Origin: Hormiphora californensis
Taxonomy: Eukaryota > Animalia > Ctenophora
Reading direction: 5' to 3'
Length of the DNA: 64,000 nucleotides
Assembly: GCA_020137815.1 (NCBI GenBank)
Contig: CM035355.1
Span: 5,518,001 to 5,582,000 of the forward strand
Positions 1 to 50,489 of the stretch are shown piece after piece (positions within the stretch are counted from its first letter, which is position 1; the number at the start of each line of letters is the position of its first letter). A program made the translations under genes and the position numbers. A model generated the notes under the pieces. The model did not search any database and had not been told where the DNA came from. It saw nothing but the letters and a program-made list of their open reading frames with translations.

Positions 1-2224
1 ACATCAGGAAAAATTTCCGGGGGCTTTGCCCCACGCCCCTACCGGGGCTTGCAATTCCTGGACCCTGCTCGTGGGGGCTGTGCCTCCTTCATATTGTATA
101 AAATTGCTCTCAGATTGTCAAAAATCGGTAAAATTTTCCGTCATTAAAGGTGCACTACTTCAAATTCTTAATGCACTACCATGCTCGAAACCCTGGCTAC
201 GCCACTGGACAGTCGACACATTGGTTTGCTTATGCTCAGTGGTCTCAGTGCAGACTGCAGAGTCCTAAATACAGGCATCTTAGAGGGTAGGGGCCTACAG
301 CGTATCGTAACAGCTTGGTGACGCTGGCCCATGCCCCATCCTGCGTTATCTGCCTCAAGAAACCTGCAGTTTGCCGAGGTTTTTTTCCAGGTTCTCTAAA
401 AAGCTAAGATTAAAGAGGCGCTCATGGCCTCACGTGTGAAAAAAATAGGGAGATGATTCACGATAGGTGATCTGGTGACATGTACACCCATGTAGACGCC
501 AACTAAGAAACGACATGTTCAACGGAACGGTCAGCACTCAGCGGTAGTAACTGATTACTGATACTAGCACCGTCAGTCTTCAGAGGGAGTTGGATCCGCA
601 CGCTTGCCTTGCTTCAGTCTCTTTCATGTCATTCCTTTATTTTCCTCCCGTGGCACAAAATAAAGGGTTTAGACAAAAAACTGCAAACCATGTCTGTCTT
701 AAGATTCCAGAAACTATCGGACTCTACTTACCCTGTATTTATTTATTTACAGAAACTCTACTTCCCTCAGCACGATGAATGAAAATGCACTGGAAAAGCC
801 TAGTGATTCCTTCGGTACTAGTTAACGACGTCTTCAACAATTATTTCGGCACCCAGAAGAACCGCGGGCCTCCTTGCTACATAACGATCGTTAAATGAAG
901 TATAGAATCTTCTAGAGGGGCCTAGTCAAGATTCTACCGTAAACTGTAGCAAGGTGTTGGCCAGTCGATTGGAAGTGGGCGGTACTAAAATAAAATCAAT
1001 GTAACCCTCGTTTCCTCGAGGCTCGTGAGTTCTAGAGCATTCTAGCTCGAGGCATCATTTAAATGCTGCTCAATTTGAGCAGTCTTGAATGTTAGTGAGC
1101 TCGTATGACCCCAGCTGCTGTGTATCCCTCTTTAAAAGGGCCCCTTTAAAGATTACCTACAACTCTGACTCGGAGAGGGGTCTTGTGACTTATCCCTGTC
1201 GGCCCGTCAGTTATATTTTACACCATCTGGTACTTGTCTCTAAATCGAGTGTAAAGCTTTAATCGCAAGCATGGAGAACCTATCCAGAATTTTCGTCATT
1301 GTCGGCACTGTTTAAATAACGAACTGTATTTTATAATTTGATATGCAGTATATTATATTTATAGAGTGGGGCGGGTTATTATCTCGATTCAACAGTACTT
1401 TGTATGTTCCTTCCACCCCCTTCTATCCCCCATCTCTATAACGTGAATACACGGTGTCGGATCACAACTCTACGGCCCTGATGCCCTGTAATCTGTATGC
1501 CGTATGGGCATGGTGCCACCTGCTCCTCCTCTCTTTTCCCTCTTACTATACCTCTCTCTATCTCTCTCTACCCCTCTATCTTTCCGTGTCTCATTCTATC
1601 CCTATCACTCTCTCTATTTCTCATTCTCGTTCTATCTGTCCCTCTATCTGTATGTTCCTCATTGTTCTATCTCTCTTTTATTCACTACCAACACTTCGAT
1701 TTCCTTCCATTCATCGAATTTGGATAAATTTTCCAGTACTTTCTAGCACCTGCCCAGTGCCCTCATGTATAACTAGGGCTGCTGGTAGATACCTCCATAT
1801 ATTGGCAGGCTATGCTTGATGAATGATGAGACGTAAAATATGATCTCAACCGAATTGTCGTGTTGCTATTTTAGGCGTGCATTCCTTGTGACCTGATGCG
1901 TAACAATCAATGCTCTCTGTTTTGAATCTGGCGCCGCCCCACTGCTCTTTGACTTTTGAGTTGGCAACGATATACGCCTATACAAGAATTGTGATGATAC
2001 TAGTGTAGAAGAGTAATGATAGAAAGAGAGAAATAGGGCGCCCACAGTATCTCTGAAGAAGACGTATGGCCTTGACGCCTAGGGCCTTTAGGGTTTGGCC
2101 TTTTTTTCTCAGAGAAGACCATGGGAGGCCCCCCACAAAGCAGTCATAGAGAGATGGAGATAGAGAGAGCGAGAGGGAGAGAGATGGAGATAGAGAGAGA
2201 GAGAGGGAGAGAGAGAGGGAGATG

Positions 2225-2273
<49 letters not shown>

Positions 2274-3624
2274 AATTAGATTGTAAGATACTATAGTAGT
2301 ATAGTTCTGCCCTATATAGAGTAACTATAATTAATTACTTTTAGGATGCAGAATACAGCACATGCCCGCTCTCTTTGACTTGGACGTTGTACAATAGACC
2401 TCTTGTTGTTGCTAAAAGTAAGATGTAGTACTTTCTGAATAGAATGCCAGTCGAAATGGTGGTCATTGGTAAACAAGTCATTGATCATAGTTCATTGGTA
2501 TCATAATTGGTAGACGATAGTTTACTTTCCTAACTCTGGATATCATGCACGTAAAAACTAAAAGTTATTGTGTACAACTTCATGTTTTATTTCCGCGGAA
2601 GAGAGGGGGACCGAGAAAAATAGAGAGGGAAAGGAAGAGAGAGAGAAAACGAGAGAGGGGAGAGAAAACGAGAAAACGAGAGAGAGAGAGGGCTGACAAG
2701 CACTTTAAAACTACCTGAACAAGCATACAGTGCGTATAGTCAGCTCTCTCGTGGTTTCCCTCAGACCGGTCACTATTGCTCAACACAGTACCTTTGCTTG
2801 TAATACAATTTGAGGAGAGAAGAAGGACAATGAGGCTCTCTCTTAATTCTTGGAATTGCGATCCAGTTCTGCGGAGCATTTTAGCCAAAAAATAATATGT
2901 TTTTATGTCATGCTGAATATCTCATCTGATACGTGTCCTACAATTGAGGGCTGCCATACTTTTCTCTACTTGATATCCTAGTACTTTAGTACTCGAGAGA
3001 AGAGAGAGATTTACATTAGTGAGTAGTGAGTACAATATATGGAATACTGGCCGAGTAGCCATTATTAGCAATAGTTTTATTGCGTTGCTCTCTCCTTGGC
3101 CGAGTTACAGTAGTTTCTAATTATTATACTAAAAGTAATTATTATACTACTTATGGTTGGTATGTTCATTTCCTTGAATATTATTTGAATATTATTTTAT
3201 AATTTATATCTCGGCATTAACTGTTATCGAACATTATCTGTGCTCTACAGACTCTTCTGGAACTTTCTCCAGTGTTCTCTAATCTCTATTTTGGTAATAA
3301 AAAGAGCTAGAGAGTCAATAACTGTATCATGGAACTTTCTCCAGTGTTCTCTATCTATTTTGGTAATAAAAAGAGAGTCGTTATGTACTATCACGGGTGA
3401 CCTATGCATGTTGTAGGAGTATTACGACGTAGTATTTTCACTTGTGTTGTAACTCGTGTTAGAATTCGTATTTATTTTGAAACCTTCTCTTGATTCCCCA
3501 GACCTAACATTCTCTAGTCAAGCTGTGCTCCTACCGATAGTACTAACCCATCTTATTCCCTTTAGCAATACAAGACAAACTGAATATATAGATTAACTGA
3601 AAATGGAGAGTGTTTGGGCGAGTT

Positions 3625-11292
<7,668 letters not shown>

Positions 11293-12939
11293 CTGTTATT
11301 AAAGCACAGTTAACAGCTCTCTAGTGTGCAGACTGCAGTGTGCAGAACTATTATACCTGACACTTCCGTGACCATTCCCCTTCTTTTTGAACAATGAAAA
11401 ACTATCTCAAACTCTACCAGTACCATATCTTATGTGCTGTGATCAGCCCTTACATGAGTCGTGTTTTACTCAAGTGTGTCCAGATAGTCCGAGCAAATCC
11501 CATCTTTAACCAAAGCATGTTCTTTAGATTTTTAGGAGACATTAGTTGTTGGTCCGTGTGTGTATTTGACCACATTTTTAGGCGTCATGTGAGCTACTAC
11601 ACTGGAAAAAGTTCACACAAGAAGGAGATGAGGTTTATATCAGAATGTGATATCACATTTCAAGGGTTAAATGCCAGATAGGGGAGGGAAATCTGATCTG
11701 CAGAGAGCGACGAAGATCAGGGGAAAACATTATGTGATAATAAACCACCCCAGACAATTAGATCACATCGTTGATATTGTGATTGTTTTTGTGGCACACA
11801 TCATGTTTGTGTCACCCTCCAGAATATATTATGATTCCTCAGACGGCAGTGTGTGACATGTGTATGGTGTAGAAAACATACTGGTTCTGTTTGTTACATT
11901 TATTTATTTTTAGCCTTTTACAAAAACCGAAGAGTTTACTATTATGTATATCAAGTTGGTCGTGTGTTCGGAATAAGCGACACAAAATCACAGATGTTTG
12001 GAATAAGCGAGTTAAAACTTCGCTGCGAGATCCAATTCCAATTCCGCAAATCGAGCCATCACCATGGTTCTCTGTTCCGACAAAAGCGCTACAAACCGCA
12101 CGCGCGCAAACATGCGCATGTCAAAAGTACGCTACCGTCAACAATTAAAAACGTCAGCGCGCAAAAGGCCTTTAGAAAATAACGCCGCGCTTGAGTTTGT
12201 TCATTTGCGCGCAGCGATTTTGGATATTTTGTCAAAATCTGGAATGCAAAAAATTTGATTTTCGGTTTCGTGTTTCCATTGGAATGCGCTGCAGCCCCCT
12301 CATGCGCGCACCCCCGCAACGAGGGGACTGAAGGGAATGCCGCGCGCGCGTTTGGCCTGAGCTCAGGACGGGCCCGGCTGGGTCGAAAATAACTTTGCGA
12401 GCGAAAAAACGGCGGTGCTTATAACTTTGGCCCCTGAAGTCCGTTTTGCTTGATTCTTTCACTAGCTGTTAGATCTGACAATTATCTACCTTGCTGTTTT
12501 TGAGAGAAGTTAATTGGATTTGAGGAGGCTGAGCAATAGCCGTTCAAAGATTGGTTGTTTTCAAAAAGTGACGTCACAGATTTCTGCAGGGACACTTTGT
12601 TTCAAATTTGAATTAAAATCTCGAATTTTTTTATTTTACCGCACTCGATTTTGCGGAGTTTGGTTCATATCTCCTGTTCCTGATAAGATAGAGACCTGAA
12701 ACCGGTTGCATTTGAAAGCTGTTATCTTCCTCTTTCCAACGCTACCAAAACGATTTCTGTACCTTATCTGGAACCGGAGATATGATTGATTATGTATTCC
12801 CCCCTAGCGCGGTATTCCCTCCAGGCCCCTTATATTATATTATAAGGGGCCTGCAACGTATGCCAAGTGTTTCCAAAATTAAAAGTAAAAAGTCAAGACG
12901 TCCAGAGAGTACCTTAACTAAAGTCTAAAACCCCATCAT

Positions 12940-13062
12940 TAAAGTCCGTTTCAAGCGACTTGACCCGTAATTCTTGGAATTCGGCGCATCGCGCGTGTAT
13001 TTACAAAGGGGAAATCCTGAATTTCCAGGAATCTCAGGTCAAGTCGTTTGAAACGCACTTTA
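12940..13062. mobile_element. ~123-bp MITE-like element just upstream of PDXDC1
   Basis: 26-bp imperfect terminal inverted repeats taaagtccgtttcaagcgacttgacc / ggtcaagtcgtttgaaacgcacttta (2 mismatches); TA-like ends. Confidence 0.65.
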
Positions 13063-13194
13063 GTTAGGGAAGTATATAAAAAGTTACATTTAAGTTAACT
13101 TATAGGAGACACAATAGCTTCGACCGCCACAAACGTCTTTTCATCCAGGTCTTCAAACATTTTGATTGTTTAACGCCGCAAACTAAATTCAGGA

Positions 13195-34737
<21,543 letters not shown>

Positions 34738-36644
34738 AATAACTAATTGACTAATTGATTTCAGTTGATTTATTTGAAGAGATTTATTTATTCCGATATG
34801 TGCAGTACTAATATTAAAAAGTGTAGATAGATTAGTGTTATGTTTGTTTAATTATTTTGGTTATGAACATTATGTCGGGTTAAAACTCTAATATGTATTT
34901 TCAGTATGTCCATCATGTTTTGCGAGATGTTTCTTTGGATTGTGTATGTGAGAGATGATCTAGTAGGGAATTCTAAAATCTATTAATTATGATCCCCTCT
35001 CTCTCTGACAATGTCGTTCTCTTTTCCAACTTTGTTTGTTTATTTTAGAAATGTGTGTCTCTAAAGGGCTCCCTGTGTGTGGCAACTCACCCCCTCTTAG
35101 CAGAGCTCACCCATTATCTCTCTCTCTGATCTTGTCAAACCTTGCCCTGCCATCTCTTTAACTGCTATTAGAGGGTGGTCCTTCACAGAGCTCTGTTGGT
35201 ACGGACAGACACACTCGTGGTTCACATCATATGGTATGGAGTGAAGTAGGCGCATGGTCAGAAATGCCGAAATTGTGTCCTTTACATAGAAAGCAATCCA
35301 CCGCGCGCGACGCGCACCAATCGTGTTCAAGAGCCGATCTTTCTCTTGTGCAGAGGAGGGCTCCCACTGAGGCACGCGGCAGCGAGGTCGCGGTTTAAAT
35401 TTCGGTGAAAAGAGAGTGAGTTCCACACGAGAGAGAAAGATAAATGTTTCTCGAAATTTCATGTCAGCATGTGGAGATCGGTACTTGAAAGAAAGGGGGT
35501 ACACGCTAAACAAGTTTCTCTATATTTTTATAAAAAAGGAATTAACATTGCGCATATCAGCTGGTAAAACAGTCTCCTCTCTCTCTCACGCACATAAATG
35601 TCTGTCTCTCTCTCTCCAATCTTCACTCTCTCTCTCTCTATCGGTCTGTCTCACTACAGACACTAACTAGACATCTATCACAGGGCACCAAACAGAAAAA
35701 TAATACGGGGACTATCATGATCAGGGTATAAGAATCTAAAATATAATAATACGCGGCCAGAGTAGTCTTGGAGGGAGAAGATTGCCCATCACATGATGAG
35801 AAAATGAGACAAAAACATCTCTCTCTTCCAAGAACACGCTACCCGGAGATAATATCTTAACCCAGAAAAAGACGGGGAATATTTCCAAGGAAACTACCAG
35901 TAGAATGATAATGAATCAATTTTCAAATTCCATATTTTATCTCTTTTTCTCTGACTATCGTTTACAGAAAAAATGACTTGACAGAAAAAAATAACAGTTG
36001 GGATGTATATTGTGGGGGGTGCGCTTTGTGGTGTGTAGTTTTTACATTATAAAAATCCTCAATCAACAAAACTAAAATTTTTAAAAGAAAGTCGAAAACA
36101 CAAACAAACTTTTAAAACGTTTAAGCAATCGAGTCTCTTTCTTTCTCTTTTTTGTTCAGGGGCAGCGATAACTGCAGTGGAACAGTAGATGAGAGACTCA
36201 GTCGTACACACACTGACAAACAGACGAACCTGGTTTGAACCACGGTTTGTATAGTGTACATGACTCAAGAATAAGGGTGATCTTTCTCTCCATGATCTAC
36301 TCCTCTCTCGTTCATTGCACCATTGCTAAAACTGCAAAAATCACCGACCCCCCGAACAATCTCATCAGATCATATCTCTCGCACGAATAACACATTCAGC
36401 CTATACCAGTCAACTCCTTTTAAAAAAGTACACAACTTGTTCTAAATTGAACATGGTGGGGGTGGGAAAGGGTGGATTATTATTTCTAAAAGATCGGTCT
36501 ATCTATAATCTAAAAAGTGTCTAAAGCGGGCTAAATAATAATTCTAATTGATTCTCCAATGTTTTTTAACAAACCCCAGATCTTTCTTTGAAAGATATAT
36601 ACTCCCTTTCACAACCCTTTCACTCTCTTTCTCAGCTCTCTCTC

Positions 36645-36753
36645 CAAGAACCGACCGAAACAAGTAAACAACCAATCAGAACTCGTTATTTAGGTCACGT
36701 GACTGGTTATCAGCCAATCAGGGACCAGTATTTCCTGATTCGGTCGGTTCACG
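36645..36753. mobile_element. ~110-bp MITE, copy 2
   Basis: Near-identical to 13795-13904; TIR core gaaccgaccgaa / ttcggtcggttc; tctctctc on both sides. Confidence 0.8.
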
Positions 36754-37313
36754 TCTCTCTCATTCCTCTCTCAATAAATTAGGGGTTATTGATATTACAT
36801 AGTAACAGGAGATAGTACATCACGAGCTGAACTGCACTCTTTACAACCCCACCCTGTACCGTGATATATCACTCCTTTCTCTCACTTCCCTAAATATCTG
36901 ATCATCCTCTCCAGATCATCCTTCTGCACATCCTCTCTCAGACTATCAGAGAAGAGCACCGGAAGGAAGGATCAGATCAACAGGGACAAAAGTGATACTC
37001 TGACTTTATCTCATAATTCACCACGAAAGAGGGAGGGTTGGGGTGATCTGATGCACCCAGGGGACACTCCAAGCTACATCATAGATGGCAAAATAGAAAG
37101 TGGGCGTCATCCCCAAGTGCATCTAGAATCCCGTTCCTCTAAAAGTTCCCTCTCTCTAAATTGTCTCCAGCGGAGATTACTAAGTGGTGTTTACTGTTTA
37201 GGGAGACAAAGTGATGTTTGGAGGTGATTACCGGCAAGGGTGGGAGAGTGCTCTTATCTATCTTTAGTTACCTCCACCAACACGCTACATAGTAGGTATG
37301 GTTGGTGGGGCAG

Positions 37314-37360
<47 letters not shown>

Positions 37361-37362
<2 letters not shown>

Positions 37363-38479
37363 GGCTTGAGGTATTTCTCACTGGAAGAACGCAAGTTGTA
37401 ATAGTAGACGGAGTACCGTCTTACCCCACTACTGTAATTTCTGGTGTACCCCAAGGTACAGTGTTAGCTAGCCTACTGTTCATTATTTACATGAACGATT
37501 TACCCTCATACATAAAACACTGCAGGGTTAAGATATTTGTTGACGATGCCAAGTTACAGAAGTCAATAAAAAATAATCACGATCATCAACTCCTTCTTGA
37601 TGATCTGAACAATGTGAAAAAGTGGGCTAGAGAAAATAAAATGGAACTGAACGAGAACAAGTTCCAATTATTGCAACACGGCCCAACTTCCGAACTAAAG
37701 GTGCCATATGAGAGCGATAACGGAATAAGAATCTCCGGGGACGATGCCGTTCGTGACCTGGGCATTCTTATTGATCCTGAACTGAATTGGAAAGCTCAAT
37801 TAGCCGAGATGACTCGCAAAGCTGGTACAATGGCATCATGGATTCTAAGAACGTTCAGTACTAGGAAAAAAGAACATCTTCTCCAACTGTACAAAACCTA
37901 TGTACTCCCGCACCTTGAATACTGTTCGGCATTGTGGTGCCCCTACGAAATCGGTCAAATCGAACAGATAGAGGCTGTTCAAAGAGCATTTACAGCTAAC
38001 ATTGATGGTTGTGAAGCTATGAACTACTGGGAAAGACTAGTCCATCTTGACCTGTACTCCCTCCAAAGGAGAAGGGAAAGATTTAAGATCATATCAATGT
38101 GGAAGATTCACATCGGACTTGCCCCCAACCACTACAATATCTCATTCCGGAACTCCGTGAGGCATGGACCAACTGCTGAAAGGCCCATTGGTAAAGCCTC
38201 TCGTAAAGGAATAAATACCAAGTTATTCAACGGATTCACTTCCTCTGCTATTGGGCTTTTTAATTCAGTACCGGCAATGGTCAAGAATAAGAAGACCCTG
38301 GAAGAAATGAAATCTACCCTGGATAAACACTTATCCCAAATGCCAGACCAGCCTCCGACCAGAGGTTACATGCGAAGGAATAATAATAGCATTCTGGACT
38401 GGTAATACCTTGGCCCATATCTGAAATATAGGGACCGAGCGGTACCACCGCTGAACCTCCTCCGAGGATCTCCGAGGAC

Positions 38480-38480
<1 letters not shown>
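37361..38480 (+). mobile_element. 5'-truncated CR1/L2-group LINE (C-terminal RT and 3' UTR) embedded in a (TC)n tract
   Basis: Open frame to 38405 with SGVPQGTVL..LF.IYMNDLP, FVDD, VRDLGI, LYKTYVLPHLEYCS..W.P, LYSLQRRRER; (TC)n at both ends. Confidence 0.9.
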
Positions 38481-38510
<30 letters not shown>

Positions 38511-39130
38511 TCTAGCTCTCTCTCACTCTTTCTCTCTCTTTCTCTCTCATTCTCAACTCGTGTGTACCACTTCAAATTCCAGTCTTTCTGCTTATTACCG
38601 CAGCACTCTCACTCACTCAGCCTTCTTCTCATAAAAAGCGGCGTACCTAAAACCATACCATTCTGGAAGATAGAATGGGGAAAATAACGGACTGACAAAC
38701 TGTCTCACACACTCACATATATATATATATAATAACATGATATGAGCTATCTCTGTCGGCGGAAATATATAACGTATTCAGAAGAGAGGTGTCAGAACAT
38801 CTATACACACACACATGTGTTCTTCTTCTCTTTCTCTCTATTTCGGATCAAATCGAGTAAAGGAGTGTATTTTAGACTAAAAAACCGGCAGATTGGTATA
38901 ATCTCTCTCTTCAGAGTCTCTTCCTCTCTTTCCCATCATCATCATCAAATATTCCATCTCCCAAACTGTCTATATATCACGGCGCGATACCACCACCAAC
39001 AACAACGTTCTCGCATTTCTCTCTTTCTCGGCGCCTCGTCTGATTGTCATAATAAGAGGATCTGGAGATCAGAGGGAGGGTAAAGATCACACATCTCTCT
39101 CTCCCTCACTCCTCACCTCTCATCCCCCTC

Positions 39131-47007
<7,877 letters not shown>

Positions 47008-47666
47008 AGGCCTTAGGAGGGGGAGTGTGGTGGATAACAGGGAGAGAGTGAGGGAGAGGGAAGGGGGAGCTGAGGGGAAGGAGAGAGATAGAGAGTGAAA
47101 GGGAGAGGGGGAGAGGGAGCTGAGGGGAAGGAGAGACAGGGATAGAGAGGGGGAAGGAGAGAGATTGGGGCCTTCAAGAGAGAAAATGGTGACGAAGGGT
47201 AAGATGAAGGGATTTTAGAAAGGCGCGAGAACGATTGCGTTAGGAGCTGGTGCTCGGGGCAGGTGTAAAAAGCCGTCATTAAAAAGGGATGATGGTCTTC
47301 TAGTAGAGAGTGGCCTAGGGAGAGGGGAAGATAGTGTGGGTGAACAGTTCAGAGAGCTCAGAGAGAAAGAAGCGTATGAACCAGAGAAGGGCCCACCTGT
47401 CGATTTCAGTAGAGATAATATTTCAAGAGGGGGGGAGGGAGAAAAACACATTTATACTCGGCTCGTGAAACGACTGAAATATAAACGAAAAAAGAACATA
47501 TATATTTAACAGATAAAATATTGGTATGTTGATATTGATTAAAAAACAACGTCTTCGATCAATTTAATAATTTACTAAAATAAAGTGATTCTGATGTTGG
47601 GACACATACAAATGTCTCCGGGGTAGAAACATTATTTTAATGGGTATTATAAGTGGGGGAGAACAA

Positions 47667-48622
47667 TCAACACTCATCCATGAGAGGCTTGGTAATACCC
47701 AACTCCCTGATGAGAGACCTCCACTTTTCCATTGACATGGAGACCACAACCTGAGAGGGGTGGATGGCCCGGGTAGTCCCCGGTGTAGCGGGGATATCAC
47801 CACCATCTCCACCGCCCCCATTAGAAGGGTCCTTTCTTCCCGAATTTTACCACCGGGATATTATCGTCATCCAGAAAGAGTTTCACCCTCCCGTCCTTGA
47901 CAAGAAATGACAGGTGGAAGAGGTTTTCTACAGTTGTGGAAAATGAAGTGGGGTGGATAATTAACTCGAAAAAAGGAACATGTGGGTAGGGGGAGTTAGG
48001 AGCACCGGTTAGCCGATGGACAGACTTCATCACCCTCTTCACCTCCTTCGTTGTCGCCTCCTCCTGCTCCTGTTTTTCAATCAGAACAGGCTTCTTTTTA
48101 GCACTCTCCTCCGGCCGTTTCTGAACATTTCGCTGTCGGGCAGCCCGTTTCTTAATCTCTGGTTCAGTTGCTAGTGGCCCGTAGATGAGATCCAGTTTTG
48201 CAGGTGCGTTGAAAACATTAGTCGCCACAACACCCAGTTTAGACCACACAACCTCACCCGCTTCATTAGTCATCCTCTTCGCGAGTTCGGACGCAAAGAA
48301 AGTCCTGTCAAACTCGTGTATGTCAGTTTGGAGGTTCTGTGCCTTCTCGTTAGCAAGCTCTGCAACGAACATCAGACACTCACTATCAAAAGCAGCCTCT
48401 CTCGGTGTAGTAACGTTAGTATACATGGTGTTGAGGATCCTGTATTATCTCCAATAACCCAGTGGAATCAGGCCGAACTAGTTCCGATCGACGCTCATGT
48501 AGACTCATCTGCAGTAAACTGTACTTGATACGCAGGTCAGTTGATGCTTTGAGGTCCTCTTCAGTGGGCATTGCCAGCGCTGCAGCAGCCGCGGTGTCGT
48601 CAGGGGCTTCATTGTCCGACAT
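47667..48622 (-). CDS. NSMCE4A: Nse4/EID3-family kleisin of the SMC5/6 complex, intronless, two apparent +1 frameshifts
   Basis: N-term LRIKY..RRSELVRPDSTGL; REAAFDSE; EEATTKEV; FFELIIHPTSFSTTVENLFHLSFLVKDGRV; C-term SQVVVSMSMEKWRSLIRELGITKPLM reached after a shift near 47828; first shift near 48435. Confidence 0.88.
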
Positions 48623-48698
48623 AAGGGCTGTGCTAAATAGGAGGAAATCGTTAGAGGTGTGCCGCCTAGGAGATTGTCAAAGTGATGGCGACAGGATT

Positions 48699-48781
<83 letters not shown>

Positions 48782-49283
48782 GAGAGAGGGGAGAGAGAAA
48801 GGGAGAGAGAGGGGGAGAAAGAGATGGGAGAGATAAAAAACACAGGTGTAACAAAAGATCACTCAACAGAATCACACAAATAAACATCTACATGTACCGA
48901 TCGGCGGTTTTTACAATTCCATAATCTGGTAAATAAAACAATCAAAACTCTCACTCTCTTCTTTATACAAACTTTATATACATCTGGTAATAAAATATAA
49001 CGCGTGTCGGGGGGTCTCAAAATCAAATGATATAAAGGGGATCAACTCTATCTAAATATATATTCTGTGAAATATGCAAATTACTACTCGCTTCACTATT
49101 CACTGGGAGAGAGCATGCAGCTCACTTTCTGTTTCTCTCCAATCTTTCCCTGCAACCCTCCATACTATGCTAGCATATTATATATTTATGCAAGCCTAAT
49201 ACAACCTTGACATATACGCACTTCAGGCAATTTCAACAGAGAGAGGGGAGAGCTTTATCACATAGAGATGATGGAGAGAGGTG

Positions 49284-50489
49284 TCAAAGATTACGTGCAT
49301 GCACAGTTGCACTGGGAGTTAATCCTGCAGCTTCGAGAGTCTCGCTGTTATCACTGTAAATTCGCCTCGGAAACGTTGTCCTAATTTCAAATGGTGATGT
49401 CGTGTGTTTGCTTATGAAGTCCCTCAGATCTCCGATAGTGGAGCTGTAGCTTAGTTTCACAATCAGCGTCTTGTCGCCCATTTTAACCCTCACAGTTGCA
49501 ATCTCCCCCTCTACGGGGCCTCCCTCCTGGATCTGTTTGACAACATCAGTTTGAGCCACTGTAACTGACCCGAGGAGGGATGCAACGGAGGATCGGATAT
49601 CAATAATTTTCCCATCCCTAACGACATTTGCAGGAAGTTTTTTGAGGAACCGATCAGATCGCTCCGTTTGCAAGAACTCTGTGCCTTTTGCCGCACCGTC
49701 AGCACTCGCAACGTAACCACGGATATCGGCCAACTCTTTAGCTGCATCAGAAAGAGACTGACCCTCGCCGGGGAATGCAGCACGAGGATCCTCATACTCT
49801 TTTTCTCTCAGATCGTTAACCTTTATAGGGAATCCTTTCGGGTATCGGGCCTGAAGCTCACTGGGGAAGTATCCGTCTTGAAAATCTCGCATTAATTGTT
49901 CGGTGGCTGGATCCGCGTAAGGCCGGAAAGGGCCCTCGAACATAAGAATGCCATTGGCATAAAGTGTGAGGGGTATGGGGTCGGGGTGAACAACTCGAGT
50001 GATCCCATCGCTGCCCTTTTCAACACTTCCAACACCATCCCCAGCTAGGATGTTCAGCTCTTGGATGTTGTGTATCACCACAGGGAAGTCTGGGTTGTAA
50101 ACCGAATGGGACTCCCCAGGGTTCCATGTACCTGTTGAAGTAGCTTTATTGGTGTCCGCCGCGGCAGCAGAATCAGGTGATGGGGTGGTTAGAGGCTCAT
50201 ACTCATCGTTATCATCACCAATCCACACCATCCCGTAATCAGCGAGGAACATCTCCATCTCCTGGATCTGTCTACACGCACGTGCATATTCTCTCTGGAG
50301 ATGAGCCAATAACCGTCCTTTGTTATCCCCACCGTCACAACCCAACTTTACCTTCATCTCGTGTAACTGCTGGTCTTTCGATCTGATGATTTCGTTTTTA
50401 GATTTTAGCTCATCCTCAACGGCACGTAGCCGCGCAGCCATACTGCTTAGAAGACTATCATCGTGACCACTCTTGCCAAACCGCGACAT
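49284..50489 (-). CDS. UBXN11: UBX domain protein 11 (coiled coil, SEP, UBX), intronless
   Basis: EMEMFLADYGMVWIG, IPLTLYANGILMFEGPFRPY, DFQDGYFPSELQARYPKGFP, FLKKLPANVVRDGKIIDIR, TIGDLR..FEIRTTFPRR..TLEAAGLTPSA. ATG at 50489 preferred over 50603 because a splice acceptor precedes it. Confidence 0.9.
   Translation of the reverse strand: MSRFGKSGHDDSLLSSMAARLRAVEDELKSKNEIIRSKDQQLHEMKVKLGCDGGDNKGRLLAHLQREYARACRQIQEMEMFLADYGMVWIGDDNDEYEPLTTPSPDSAAAADTNKATSTGTWNPGESHSVYNPDFPVVIHNIQELNILAGDGVGSVEKGSDGITRVVHPDPIPLTLYANGILMFEGPFRPYADPATEQLMRDFQDGYFPSELQARYPKGFPIKVNDLREKEYEDPRAAFPGEGQSLSDAAKELADIRGYVASADGAAKGTEFLQTERSDRFLKKLPANVVRDGKIIDIRSSVASLLGSVTVAQTDVVKQIQEGGPVEGEIATVRVKMGDKTLIVKLSYSSTIGDLRDFISKHTTSPFEIRTTFPRRIYSDNSETLEAAGLTPSATVHARNL

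Noticed and set aside
1-210. Possible transposon end (ctggctacgccactg at ~194-208)
   Set aside because: The partner terminus would lie outside the window, so it cannot be verified.
2036-2132. Degenerate inverted repeat gggcgccca..tctctga / tcagaga..tgggaggccc
   Set aside because: Possibly an old MITE, but too diverged and without a TSD.
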